A DNA stretch of 64,000 bases from Bryobacterales bacterium (GTDB lineage Bacteria > Acidobacteriota > Terriglobia > Bryobacterales > UBA6623): positions 2,144,001 to 2,208,000 of the forward strand of contig OY729428.2 of the NCBI GenBank assembly GCA_963422375.2. Direction: 5' to 3'. Position 1 is the first letter of the stretch, and every line of letters starts with the position of its first letter. The position numbers and the translations under genes are program-made. Shown here piece after piece: positions 40,333-50,401 of the stretch. The notes beneath the pieces were generated by a model. The model did no database searches. It saw only the letters and a program-made list of their open reading frames with translations, and had not been told where the DNA came from.

Positions 40333-41753
40333 GACTCGCAGCCGCTGCGCTCGCCTTGGGGCTGGCCCCCGCCTGGCTCCCCGCGGCACCCCCGAACATC
40401 CTCTTCATCGCGGTAGACGATCTCAACGACTGGATCGAGCCGCTGGACGGGCATCCCCAAGCCAAGACCCCCAATCTCGCCCGTCTGGCGAGGCGCTCGA
40501 CGCTCTTCACGCGGGCCTACACGGCTGCCCCCGCCTGCAACCCGTCGCGGGCCGCCCTCATGACGGGCATCGCGCCCTACAAGTCGGGCGTCTACAACAA
40601 CCGCCAGGCATGGCGCCCGGCGATGCGGGAGGCCGTGACGCTCCCGCAAGCGTTCAGGCGGCAAGGGTACTGGGCTGGCGGATCGGGCAAGATCTACCAC
40701 GGCGTCTATCCGGATCCGCCCTCGTGGGACGAATACTGGCCGTCGAAGACGGAGCAGCGGCACGCGGATCCGCTTCCGGAGCGGCGTCCCGCCAACCTTA
40801 TCGAGGGTACCGGCAACTTCGACTGGGGGGCGCTCGAGGTCGGCACCGCGCAGATGTCCGACGCCAAGGTGGCGGAGTGGGTCTCGTCCAAGCTGCGGGA
40901 ACGGCACGACAGGCCGTTCTTCCTCGCCTGCGGTTTCTTCCGCCCGCACCTCCCTTGGTACGTGCCGGCAAACTACCTTGACCGGTTCCCTGCGGAAGCG
41001 GTGGAACTGCCCCGCGTGTTCGGAGGAGACTTGGCGGACGTGCCCGCGGCCGGCGTCAGTATGGCGCGCCCGGAGCGCGACCACGCCCAAGTGACCGAGC
41101 ACGGCCAGTGGAAGCAGGCCGTCCGATCGTATCTCGCCTCGGTCAACTTCGCCGACGACATGCTGGGCACGGTGCTGGATGCCTTGGATGAGAGCGGTCA
41201 CGCCGACAGCACGGTGATCGTGCTTTGGGGCGACCACGGCTGGCATCTCGGCGAGAAGCATCACTGGCGCAAGTTCGCCCTGTGGGAAGAGGCGACGCGG
41301 GTCCCGCTGCTCATCTCGGCGCCGCCGGGCACGCCGGGCCTGCCGGGAGGCACGCGCCCCGGCTCGGTCTCGCCGCGGCCGGTCAACCTGCTGGACGTCT
41401 ACCCGACGCTGGTCGAGCTGGCCGGACTGGAAGCTCCGGAAGGTCTCGACGGGCGGAGCCTGGTCCCCCTGCTGCGGAATCCGGACATGCCGTGGCAGCC
41501 CACGGTCACGACCCACGGCCGCCTCAACCACGCCGTCCGCTCCGAGGAATTCCGGTACATTCGCTACGCCGACGGCACGGAGGAGCTGTACGACCACCGC
41601 GTGGACGCGATGGAGTGGACGAACCTCGCCTCGGACGAGAACTACCGGATGGTGAAGAAGGAACTCTCGCGCTGGCTGCCCTCGACGAACGTCCCCGAGG
41701 CCCCAGTCCAGCCGGCCGACAGGCGCACGAACGAAGTCGCCGTGCCCGAATGA
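40329..41753 (+). CDS. Secreted sulfatase (iduronate-2-sulfatase/choline-sulfatase-like)
   Basis: Signal peptide, PNILFIAVDDL, formylglycine motif CNPSR, GKIYH, GDHGWHLGEK. Confidence 0.92.
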   Translation: MRLAAAALALGLAPAWLPAAPPNILFIAVDDLNDWIEPLDGHPQAKTPNLARLARRSTLFTRAYTAAPACNPSRAALMTGIAPYKSGVYNNRQAWRPAMREAVTLPQAFRRQGYWAGGSGKIYHGVYPDPPSWDEYWPSKTEQRHADPLPERRPANLIEGTGNFDWGALEVGTAQMSDAKVAEWVSSKLRERHDRPFFLACGFFRPHLPWYVPANYLDRFPAEAVELPRVFGGDLADVPAAGVSMARPERDHAQVTEHGQWKQAVRSYLASVNFADDMLGTVLDALDESGHADSTVIVLWGDHGWHLGEKHHWRKFALWEEATRVPLLISAPPGTPGLPGGTRPGSVSPRPVNLLDVYPTLVELAGLEAPEGLDGRSLVPLLRNPDMPWQPTVTTHGRLNHAVRSEEFRYIRYADGTEELYDHRVDAMEWTNLASDENYRMVKKELSRWLPSTNVPEAPVQPADRRTNEVAVPE

Positions 41754-42055
41754 GCGCCCGGGGAGGCCCCGCGAGCGGGCGCCCGAGCCGACGGAGGGCA
41801 CGGTCGCGCACCGGCCTTGCATCTCCGGCCGGGCTGGATTCTTGACCCGCCCGGGCAGCTTCCGGTCGCCCCGGCCGGAACGCCCGTGGGGTCCGGAAGG
41901 GGCGGTGATCATTCTCGCGCGCGACCCCGACACGGTGCGCCGGGACGGCACCGCCGCCCGACCCGGCCGTCGCAGCCGGGGAAGGCAAGTCTCGCGGGAT
42001 TCGGCGATCAATCGCCCCGGGTGACCGGCAGGGAACGAAATATCCTGAGCCCCGG

Positions 42056-42446
42056 TTGCCGAGGATCCACAGCATGACGCGTTCCGCGGACGGTACGGCC
42101 GAGGCGACCGGAACGAACGTCAGGCAGAAGTTCGGACTGAATCGCTCGATTCAGAGCCAGTCCAAGGGACTGCTGTTGGGGGCAGCTTGCATGCAAGGCA
42201 GAGTGGGGCGGTCGCAGGCTCGAGCAAGTCAATCCCGCCTTTCGGTCGCGGCGGTGCCAGCGCCGCGGCGAGGTGGAGGCGAGCCATCGCCAGGGCAAGC
42301 GGTACGCATGCAAGTGCTGCGGCCACTCCGGCGATGCGGACGTCATTGCCGCGATCAACGTCTTGCAGTCTGTGAACTCGCCCGCGGAAGCTTCCAACCG
42401 CGGCAATGGCCGCGGCGCTGCCAGGAATCGTCAAAGTCGCAAATGA
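42056..42446 (+). pseudogene. tnpB: IS200/IS605-family TnpB C-terminal remnant (frameshifted, 5' part missing)
   Basis: SMTRSADGT..GTNVRQKFGLNRSI, then a frameshift near 42180 to QLACKAEWGG..QVNPAF..RRCQR.G..YACKCCGH..DADVIAAINVL (RuvC-II-adjacent segment, Zn finger, RuvC-III). Confidence 0.8.
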
Positions 42447-42662
42447 ATCTTGACTCGTTCGGCAGTGCCGAGTCGCGAGGTACGGGTTCCGGAGCGCGAA
42501 CGGCACGTAGCGACCGTTTGAAGGCGACCGCCGCTTGGAGCCCCGGCTGCCGGCGGGCACGACACCAACTTCAATCCGTCGGCCGCCATGGCTCGGTTCT
42601 TCCTCGGCCCGGCGCCGCGCTGCCAGGCGCCTCCGCCCGCGAAATCCGGTACTCTAATAACC

Positions 42663-43856
42663 ATGCGCACATGGTTCCGACTCTCCCTGGCCTCGTTCGC
42701 CCTCGCGGGGCTCGCCGTGGCGGAGAACGCCAAGCCAGTCAACTGGCAGGACCTGCCCGAGCCGTTCCACACCGAGTCCGCGACCAACCGTCCGAACGTA
42801 GTCGACCGGCCGACCGACGCCGAGCTGAGGGTGCCGGACGGCTTCAAGGTTGAGGAGTACCTCGCGGGAGACTTCCAGCGCCCGCGCTTCATGACTCTCG
42901 GGCTCAGCGACGAACTCGTCTTCTCCGATTCGGGCTCCCGCAACGCACCCGACGGGGCCGTCTACGTCTACCACCAAGAGCAGCTGAAGAAACTGATCGA
43001 GGGCTTGGACCGACCCTACGGGCTGGCATTCCACGACAAGTGGCTCTACGTCGCCGAGACGACCTCGGTCAAGCGGTACGTCTACGACCCCAAGGCTATG
43101 ACGGTGGGAAAAGGCGAGGAAATCATTTCCTACAAAGACTTCGACAGGGGCCATTGGACTCGGTCGCTGCTTTTCAACGAGGACCACACCAAGCTCTACG
43201 TGACGGTCGGCTCCCGCTCCAACATCGACCTCGGCGAGGATCCGATGCGGGCGGCACTGCACCGCTACAACCCCGACGGCAGCGGGCACGAGACCGTCGC
43301 GACCGGGCTGCGGAACATCATCGGCTTGCAGTGGTATCCCGGGTCGGACCGAATCTGGGCGGCGGTGCAGGAGCGCGACGGGCTGGGCGACGATCTGGCG
43401 AACGACTTCCTCGCAAACGTGCAGGAGGGCGAGTTCTACGGCTGGCCGTACGCCTACAACGGACCGCACGAAGAGCCGCGACACGCCGACAAGGCGCCCG
43501 ACAAAGTGACGAGCTCACTCTATCCGGACGTGCTGCTCGGCGCCCACGTGGCGGTGCTCGACATCCGCTTCTATACCGGCACGCAATTCCCCGAGAAGTA
43601 CCGCGGCGGATTGTTCCTAGCCTTCCACGGCTCGTGGAACCGCTCCGAGCGCGTGGGATACAGTGTCACGTTCATCCCCTTCAAGGACGGGCGGCCCCAG
43701 TCGGGGCCGCAGCCCTTCCTCACAGGCTGGATGCTGGGCTCCGACCAGAGCGAGGTGTGGGGACGGCCGGTCGGGCTGCTCCAGCTGAGGGACGGGTCAA
43801 TGCTCGTATCGGACGACGGCGGGCGGAAGATCTGGCGCATCAGCCACGGCGACTGA
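42663..43856 (+). CDS. PQQ-dependent sugar/sorbosone dehydrogenase family protein
   Basis: Signal peptide, GHWTR, YVTVGSRSN, GLRN, ERDGLG, FYGWPY, HGSWNR, GRPVG. Confidence 0.88.
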   Translation: MRTWFRLSLASFALAGLAVAENAKPVNWQDLPEPFHTESATNRPNVVDRPTDAELRVPDGFKVEEYLAGDFQRPRFMTLGLSDELVFSDSGSRNAPDGAVYVYHQEQLKKLIEGLDRPYGLAFHDKWLYVAETTSVKRYVYDPKAMTVGKGEEIISYKDFDRGHWTRSLLFNEDHTKLYVTVGSRSNIDLGEDPMRAALHRYNPDGSGHETVATGLRNIIGLQWYPGSDRIWAAVQERDGLGDDLANDFLANVQEGEFYGWPYAYNGPHEEPRHADKAPDKVTSSLYPDVLLGAHVAVLDIRFYTGTQFPEKYRGGLFLAFHGSWNRSERVGYSVTFIPFKDGRPQSGPQPFLTGWMLGSDQSEVWGRPVGLLQLRDGSMLVSDDGGRKIWRISHGD

Positions 43857-43897
43857 CCGCCTCCTTTCCCCGCAAGCCGCACTGAATCACTCCGACA

Positions 43898-44263
43898 ATG
43901 GCCTTGATGAATCTGTTCCGCCCGCCGTGGAAGCACTCCGATCCCGACGTTCGGAAGGCCGCGGTCCAAGGAATCGACGACCCCGACATCCTTGTGGAGA
44001 TGATCATCCGGGACGGCGAATGGTTCGTCCGGCACGAGGCCATGAGCGCCCTGCGCGATCTGGGAGCCGACCGGGTGCATCTCCGTCGGCTCGTGGGCGA
44101 GTCGTCCGACGAAGAGATTCGGCGCAAGGCCGTAAAGGTGATGACCGACGAGGCCGACCTCGAGCGCGTGGCCAAGGAGGACCGCTACCGCTACGTCCGA
44201 GAGGCCGCGGAGCACCGCCTCGGCGAGATCCGCAGCGGCCAGTGGGCACACCTCTCCGACTAG
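43898..44263 (+). CDS. Small HEAT-like repeat protein
   Basis: WKHSDPDVRKAAV followed by repeated D/E-x-x-(V/I)R-x-x-A units. Confidence 0.7.
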   Translation: MALMNLFRPPWKHSDPDVRKAAVQGIDDPDILVEMIIRDGEWFVRHEAMSALRDLGADRVHLRRLVGESSDEEIRRKAVKVMTDEADLERVAKEDRYRYVREAAEHRLGEIRSGQWAHLSD

Positions 44264-44350
44264 CGTCGCCGCCGCGGCCCGTGCGACTCGGCCGGCTCTG
44301 GGCCGGAGGCGAGCGCAGGCGGCACGCCAATCTCTGCCGGCGGCAGCAAC

Positions 44351-45628
44351 ATGCGACCGAGCACCTCCGCACATGTCTCCGGCACGGCTCCGAGGCATAG
44401 CGCCGGGACTGCCGGAAGTTCCCTCGCCGCAGACCCGGCGTCGCTTCCTCGCAGCTTGACGGCCGCGCCGTTCCTGCTGCTGCTGTGCACGCACTTCGCG
44501 GTGGACTGCTTCTCGTCCGCCTTGCCCACAGTGCAGCCGATCCTAGCCGAGCGCCTCGGCTTGAACCTCGCCCAAGCCGGCCTGCTGGGCGGCATCTGGA
44601 TGTTCTCGTCGGCACTGCTGCAGTTGCCGTTCGGCCTAGCGAGCGACCGGCTGCAGAGCCGCTACTTCGCAATCCTCGGCCCGCTCGCGACCGCCGCATT
44701 CCTGACGGCACTGGGGCTTGCGCCGGGATTCGTCTGGACCGCGGCTTTGCTCGTGCTCGGGGGCATGGGATCCGCTGCCTACCACCCGTACAGCACAAGC
44801 CAAGCCGGCAGCATCGGGGGCGAGCGACGCGGACTCTCCACGGCCGTCTTCATCACTGTCGGCACCGCCGGTCTTGGCTTCGGCCCCCTGTACCTGACGG
44901 CCGTGATCGAGCGGTTCGGTTTCGAGCGGCTGTGGTTCGCGGCGTTGCCGGTCGCCGCGGCCCTTCCGGCGCTCGTGTGGAGGATGCCCGGGCCCGTCGG
45001 CGGGACTCGTCCGACAGGTAGCGCGGTAGACTGGCGCGCCCTGCGCGGGGAGGGGAAGCAACTCTCCATCCTTTACCTCCTAGTCGTCCTGCGATCCATC
45101 GTTCAGGTCGGACTTGCGCAGTTCCTCTCGCTGTACATGGTCCAGGTCCGCGGCGCGGACCTGAACATGGCAAGCATCGTCTTGGCCGTGTACTTTCTGA
45201 GCACCTCGGCCGGATCGTTCGTCGGGGGAGCGGCCGCCGACCGCTACGGCGGCCGGGCCGTGATCACGATCTCCTGCCTCGCTTGCGTGCCCCTGCTGGC
45301 AGCATTCGCGGTATCGGACGGATGGGTCTCTATCGTCGCTCTGTTCCTCGGCGGGACGAGTCTCCTCGCGACGATCCCTGTCAACGTCGTCATGGCGCAG
45401 CGTCTCGTGCCGTCGCAAGCAGGCACCACTTCGGCGCTCATGATGGGCTTCGGCTGGGGGACTGCGGGAATCGTGTTCGTGCCTGCCGCCGGCTGGCTGG
45501 CGGACTACGTCGGGCTGGAGGCGGTGTTGCAGGCGTTCGCCGCCCTGCCGCTTATCTCGGTACCGCTGGCGCTGACGCTCCCGAAGGCCCGGCGAACGCC
45601 TGCGGCTGCCGCACGAAGCCACGAGTAA
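44351..45628 (+). CDS. MFS transporter (Fsr-like)
   Basis: HFAVD, GLASDR, GMGSAAYHP, RRGLSTAVF, about 12 TM segments. Confidence 0.85.
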   Translation: MRPSTSAHVSGTAPRHSAGTAGSSLAADPASLPRSLTAAPFLLLLCTHFAVDCFSSALPTVQPILAERLGLNLAQAGLLGGIWMFSSALLQLPFGLASDRLQSRYFAILGPLATAAFLTALGLAPGFVWTAALLVLGGMGSAAYHPYSTSQAGSIGGERRGLSTAVFITVGTAGLGFGPLYLTAVIERFGFERLWFAALPVAAALPALVWRMPGPVGGTRPTGSAVDWRALRGEGKQLSILYLLVVLRSIVQVGLAQFLSLYMVQVRGADLNMASIVLAVYFLSTSAGSFVGGAAADRYGGRAVITISCLACVPLLAAFAVSDGWVSIVALFLGGTSLLATIPVNVVMAQRLVPSQAGTTSALMMGFGWGTAGIVFVPAAGWLADYVGLEAVLQAFAALPLISVPLALTLPKARRTPAAAARSHE

Positions 45629-45849
45629 GGGGAGGCGCAGGCAGACATGCGACGCCTCTGCAGCCACCGCGAACCTCCTCCATGCGGGCCCATGACAACC
45701 GGCATACAATTGGAAGCGGCTGCCATGTCGGCCCATGTATCCGAGGCGGGTCGAACCGCAGACGGTTGTCTTCGAGACGCGACCAGCCCTAGGACCCAGG
45801 CACGCTTCCCGGTCGGTGCCAGTGCGGCCGCAGATCGCGGGAGCCTGCG

Positions 45850-47259
45850 GTGCTAGCGGCGACCCAAGGCCTCCTCGAATTCTTCTGGGGATCCTTCCTC
45901 CTGCTGGCTCCCATGCTGCTGCTCGGCCTCCTGCTGGCCGGGTTGATCCACGTACTCATTTCGCGGGAGGCCATCCTCAAGTGGCTGAGCGATGACAGCC
46001 TGAAGTCCGTCGTCACGAGCGCCGCCGTCGGCGTGCCCGTGCCGCTGTGCAGCTGCTCGGTCGTCCCCGTCGTAGCGGAGATGCGGAAGAAAGGGGCATC
46101 GCGATCATCCTGCATTTCGTTCCTGATCACCGCTCCGGAAACGGGGGCGGATTCGATCCTAGTAACGAACGCTTTCTTCGGCATCGTGGCGGCCGTCGTG
46201 AGGCCGCTAGTCAGCTTCCTAACCGCGGTGGTCACGGGCGTCTTCTGCATCGGGCTCATCCGGGCCGACGAGGGCGAGACGGATGCCGGCGCCTTCCGGG
46301 GGCGCCACCGCGCCGACGGCCCCGTCGCAGGCTGCGCGCACGAGGAATGCGGTCACGATCACGGCGGCCACCGCCCTCTCGTTGCGGGCACGGAAGACTG
46401 CTACGTGCGCCCGGCCGATCTCGGGGCGATGCTGTCCGGTTGGTTCGGCTCCCTAGCGCGGAGGGGGAAACGCCTCTTGGGCGGAGCCAAGGCAGCCTCG
46501 TCGCTCCGGGCGAGCCCCCGTCTCGGGGACCGGATCGAGAGCGACCCGCCCGAGAGCGTCCGGCCTGACGAGCCCCGTGCGGACACCGTCGGCTTCGCCC
46601 GCTTCATCCGGCACGTCTTCCGTTACGGCTTCGTCGAGGTGGCCGACGAAATCCTGTTCGCGCTGCTGGTGGGCGTTGCCCTCGGCGGCTTTCTGTTCGT
46701 GGGAATCCCCGACGGCTTGATGGGGAGCGACAACGCCCGGTGGATTTCCTACCCGGTGATGGTGCTCGTAGGCATTCCCCTCTACATCTGCGCTTCGGCG
46801 AGCACGCCCATCGCGGCGGCACTGGTCGCCAAGGGCCTCAGCCCCGGAGCGGCCTTGATTTTCCTCATGACGGGTCCAGCCACCAACAGCGGGTCCATCG
46901 CGATCATCATCCGCCAGTTCGGCGCGCGTTTCGGCACGATCTACGTGACAGGTGTTATCGCGGTGACCACGCTCCTAGGCATCGCGATCGACGCTGCGGT
47001 CATCGCCCTAGGCGTCGCGCTCCCCGTCAATCTGGCGGCATCCGAGACAGCGGCGATTCAATTCGTGGAGTGGGCAGGCGCGACCGTCCTGATCGCGTTG
47101 ATGGCTTGGCGCTTCCGTGAGGGTGCCTTCAAGAGCGGGTATCAGGATCTCGTCTCGAACGTCGCGCCCGCCTACCGCCGCATCAAACGCTGGGGCAGCA
47201 GCCTCGTCGGTAGCCTTCCGCTCCCGACCGGGGCGCGCTCCCGGCGGCCGCGATTCTAG
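45850..47259 (+). CDS. DUF318 (ArsP_1)/SO_0444-type metal permease with His/Cys-rich loop
   Basis: GVPVPLCSCSVVP, FLITAPETG, loop CAHEECGHDHGGH, GIPLYICASASTP, FLMTGPATN. Confidence 0.85.
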   Translation: MLAATQGLLEFFWGSFLLLAPMLLLGLLLAGLIHVLISREAILKWLSDDSLKSVVTSAAVGVPVPLCSCSVVPVVAEMRKKGASRSSCISFLITAPETGADSILVTNAFFGIVAAVVRPLVSFLTAVVTGVFCIGLIRADEGETDAGAFRGRHRADGPVAGCAHEECGHDHGGHRPLVAGTEDCYVRPADLGAMLSGWFGSLARRGKRLLGGAKAASSLRASPRLGDRIESDPPESVRPDEPRADTVGFARFIRHVFRYGFVEVADEILFALLVGVALGGFLFVGIPDGLMGSDNARWISYPVMVLVGIPLYICASASTPIAAALVAKGLSPGAALIFLMTGPATNSGSIAIIIRQFGARFGTIYVTGVIAVTTLLGIAIDAAVIALGVALPVNLAASETAAIQFVEWAGATVLIALMAWRFREGAFKSGYQDLVSNVAPAYRRIKRWGSSLVGSLPLPTGARSRRPRF

Positions 47260-47399
47260 CGACCGGCTATTCGGTCGCGGCACGAGGCCCGACCGGCTTC
47301 GGAACCGTTGCCGGTAGGGCGGTCCGGACGAGACTGCCGCAACTGATGCCACGGCCTCGCCTCGAGCTCGACAAGCGGGCGGTGCGGGAGTTCAAGCAG

Positions 47400-48201
47400 C
47401 TTTCGAGCAAGCAGCCGTTCTCATGCCTGTCGAACTCGCCTTGTGCGCATGCCGACTACGGGGTCTTCCGGGTAGCTCCTTCCATTCAGACAAGACCCAC
47501 GGATCGATTTCGAGCCTCTTCAAGCTGGCCAAGGCGAAGTTGGGAGATCTACCGGTCGCCGCGCTGTACGATCCAAGCGGATCGGCAATTGGTCATTCCG
47601 GTTGGCTGGATTTCGATGAAAGGGTCGCATTGCAATCGTTGGCCGGGTCAGACAGCCGACTCGACCTCGTGGATGTACGCAGCGACGCATCCTAGGAACG
47701 GATTCAACTGTACGAGGCCGTCCCACGCCTATTGAACCGGAGGTCGGGCCCGGTGCGGCGAGCGTTGGGGTCTTGCAGCGCGCACGTCCCCGCATAACGC
47801 TGGCCAGGGGACGCTGATGCGGCTCATTCTTGCCGCTGCCTGGTGCTCTAGTTGAGTCGAAAGGCTATTTCGCCCTAAGCGAGCTCGAGGAGGATCCGCG
47901 CTGGAGAGCCGGGCCGACTTACGTGTTCGTCATGGACACGCTCGGAAACCAGCTCGCCAGCGGCGTCGGCGTGAGGATCAACGGGCAGGCGCCGCTCGAA
48001 TGGGGCGGCGAGGGCCGTCTCGCGGACCAGCTCGGGGGACGGGACCTGATTCGCCTGCTCGAGACGTTCGGAGAGGCGTACATCTACTACACCGCATTCG
48101 ATCCGACCAGCGGCAGGGGCGCTCCCAAGACGAGCTTCGTGAAGCGAATTGTCTCGGGCGGCGTGCCGCTCTTGGTAGGAGCGGGTCGCAGCTCGAATTG
48201 A
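47400..48201 (+). pseudogene. Decayed Cache-domain protein gene (C-terminal domain still readable)
   Basis: 47848-48201 (ESKGYF..EDPRW..TYVFV..GEAYIYY..KTSFVKR..GVPLLVGAG) parallels the downstream paralog; the upstream part has stops and frameshifts. 5' boundary approximate. Confidence 0.6.
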
Positions 48202-48242
48202 ACCCAGGGGGATTCCCGCCCGGCCCAGCTGCAGGTGACAGC

Positions 48243-49224
48243 ATGATCGACACTCAGAAAGCCCGAATCTCGGTCGCCGGGGCGACTCTCCTAGCGATCC
48301 TGGCGTCTGCCAGTCCCGCCTTCGGGGCGGGCCGGTGCGCCGACAACGAGATCGTCGCGAGCGCCGTGCGCACTTCCGAAGACCTCGTGGCGTTCGTCCA
48401 GGGCGCATCCGGATATGTCGCCGCCAACGGAACGGCCGAGGCCAGCCGCGCCTTCCGGGAGGACCCGCGCTGGCTGTCGCTCCCGACCTACGTGTTCGTG
48501 GACATCCTTGGGGAGTCAGGGGATGAGACGCTGATTATCGTGCATCCTCCGGACCGATCACGCGAAGGCTCCTACTGGGGAACCTTGGCTGACGGCTTCG
48601 GGAGCGACTTCTTCGTCGAGAGCTACCGCACGCTGACGAATCACGGGGAGGGATGGATCTACTACACGTTAACCAACTACCAAGCCGGCACGACCGAGCC
48701 CAAGGCATCCTACGTCATGCCGGTCGACTGGGACGGACAGCAGGCGATGATCGGCGCTGGACTCTATCGGCCGGACCTGCCGGGCGCCTGCCATCCGGCT
48801 GGCGTAAACGCAGCCGCGCTGGAGGCGAATCCGAGCGAGCACGCACTGGCCGAATTCGTGCGCTGCGCGGCATTCAAGTTCCAGGAGAGCGGCTATTTCG
48901 CAGGCCCTATTCCTAGTGCGGGATCCGCGGTGGAACAGCGGCTCCGTCTACGTTTTCGTCATCGACGCGACGGAAGGGGGCATTCTGTTCAGCGGAGCTC
49001 CGCCCGCCGCCTCCTTCCAGTTCTCCGGACGGATCTCGGATCTCTTCGACGGACGGGACATGGTGAGCGTCGGGGTGGCATTCGGCGAGGCGTACTTGTA
49101 TCACGATTTCGAGAGTCCCGCCACGAATCAGGTCGAGTCCAAAGTCACGTTCACCAAGATGGTGCTCGCCGACGGGGTGCCGCTGCTAGTCGGTTCCGGG
49201 ATTTACCCGAGTGCCAGCCGGTAG
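48243..49224 (+). pseudogene. Secreted tandem Cache-domain protein with a +1 frameshift at ~48910
   Basis: Signal peptide and two units of DPRW..YVFV..GE(G/A)(W/Y)(I/L)Y..K..(Y/F)..G(A/S)G(L/I)Y; the second unit continues in the 48916..49224 frame. Confidence 0.75.
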
Positions 49225-49531
49225 CTCGGTTCCGTGCGAAAAGAGGATCCGGCGATTCGCGGCTGGCATCGCGCGAGCGATTCCCAAGCCGGTTGGTCGT
49301 ATTCCGGTGCTCGCCGACGCTCGAGAAAGCTTCGGACTCGAGGCAACGTTCTCCGTCGGAGGCGGGTCGAGGCGTTCTCGCGCAGCCAAGACCCGTGAGC
49401 CGGTGCCTCACGGGAGTCTGGAAGGCACCTGCTCTGTCACGAGAAGCCGGCGACCGCCAGCCGCCCAGGTGTCGCCAGGCGAGGGCGGGACACGTGCCGG
49501 ATCGGACGTTCGGTAGACCGTGCAGCAGCCC

Positions 49532-50401
49532 TCAGCTGAATTGTCTTGCCGACGGAGGGAGGAACATCGCATGTAAGGGCACTTCCTCCAAGTAGTGCAG
49601 GGCGTACGCCAGGCCTATTCCGAGCAGGAACGCCAAGGAGAGCAGGAATCGATCATGGCGGTGGAACTGAAGCTCGGGAAGCAGATCGCTCAGCGAGATG
49701 CAAACGAGACCGCCTGCTGCGAATGCCAATAGACGCCCGATCACATCGTCTTGCGCCTCGCCCAGGGACCCGAGTCCCCAGAAGGTCAGCAAGGCATAGA
49801 CGGGGCATAACAGCGCCAGTCCCACGTTGACGGCCATTCCCAGCCTAGGCCTAGCCCCGGCAACACGCATCAAGCCGACAACGGAGAACGCGTCAAGCGG
49901 CTTGTGCAGGATGATCGCCAGAAACATACCGAATCCAACTAGATCCGCTGATTCGTTACCGTTCCAACCGCTTCGCACGGACGCGCCGAGAGCGACGCCT
50001 TCAGTAAGCGCGTGCAGACCCATGCCAATGGCGATCCCGGCCCACCCGACAGGTCCGCATTCGGGAGCATGATGGCGGCCGGCATCGTCCTCGCATGCCC
50101 CGTCACCGATATCATGCTGGTGGAATCGGAATGCCCGCAACAGCAGCAATGTGGCCGCGATGCCGAGGATCAGCCACCAGAGAGCGACATCCAGAGACTC
50201 GTGACTGTTCATTCGCTCGACGCCGTGAGGAAGCAAATGGTAGACAGCGACGCCCAATACAAGGCCCGCAACAAAGCTCATGACGAATTGCGTTCGCGTG
50301 TGCGTCATGCGGCTCGCTCCTTGAAGCCATCCGCCGAGCAAGGATGCGGCGGCAATCAAGGTCGCGTACGCCGTCAGCAAGAGGAGCGGCTGCATGTCCA
50401 C
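49532..50401 (-). CDS. ZIP family metal transporter
   Basis: HLLPHG, His-rich loop FHQH..HHA, LHALTEGVALG, ILHKPLD, DLLPELQFHRH. Confidence 0.9.
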   Translation of the reverse strand: MDMQPLLLLTAYATLIAAASLLGGWLQGASRMTHTRTQFVMSFVAGLVLGVAVYHLLPHGVERMNSHESLDVALWWLILGIAATLLLLRAFRFHQHDIGDGACEDDAGRHHAPECGPVGWAGIAIGMGLHALTEGVALGASVRSGWNGNESADLVGFGMFLAIILHKPLDAFSVVGLMRVAGARPRLGMAVNVGLALLCPVYALLTFWGLGSLGEAQDDVIGRLLAFAAGGLVCISLSDLLPELQFHRHDRFLLSLAFLLGIGLAYALHYLEEVPLHAMFLPPSARQFS

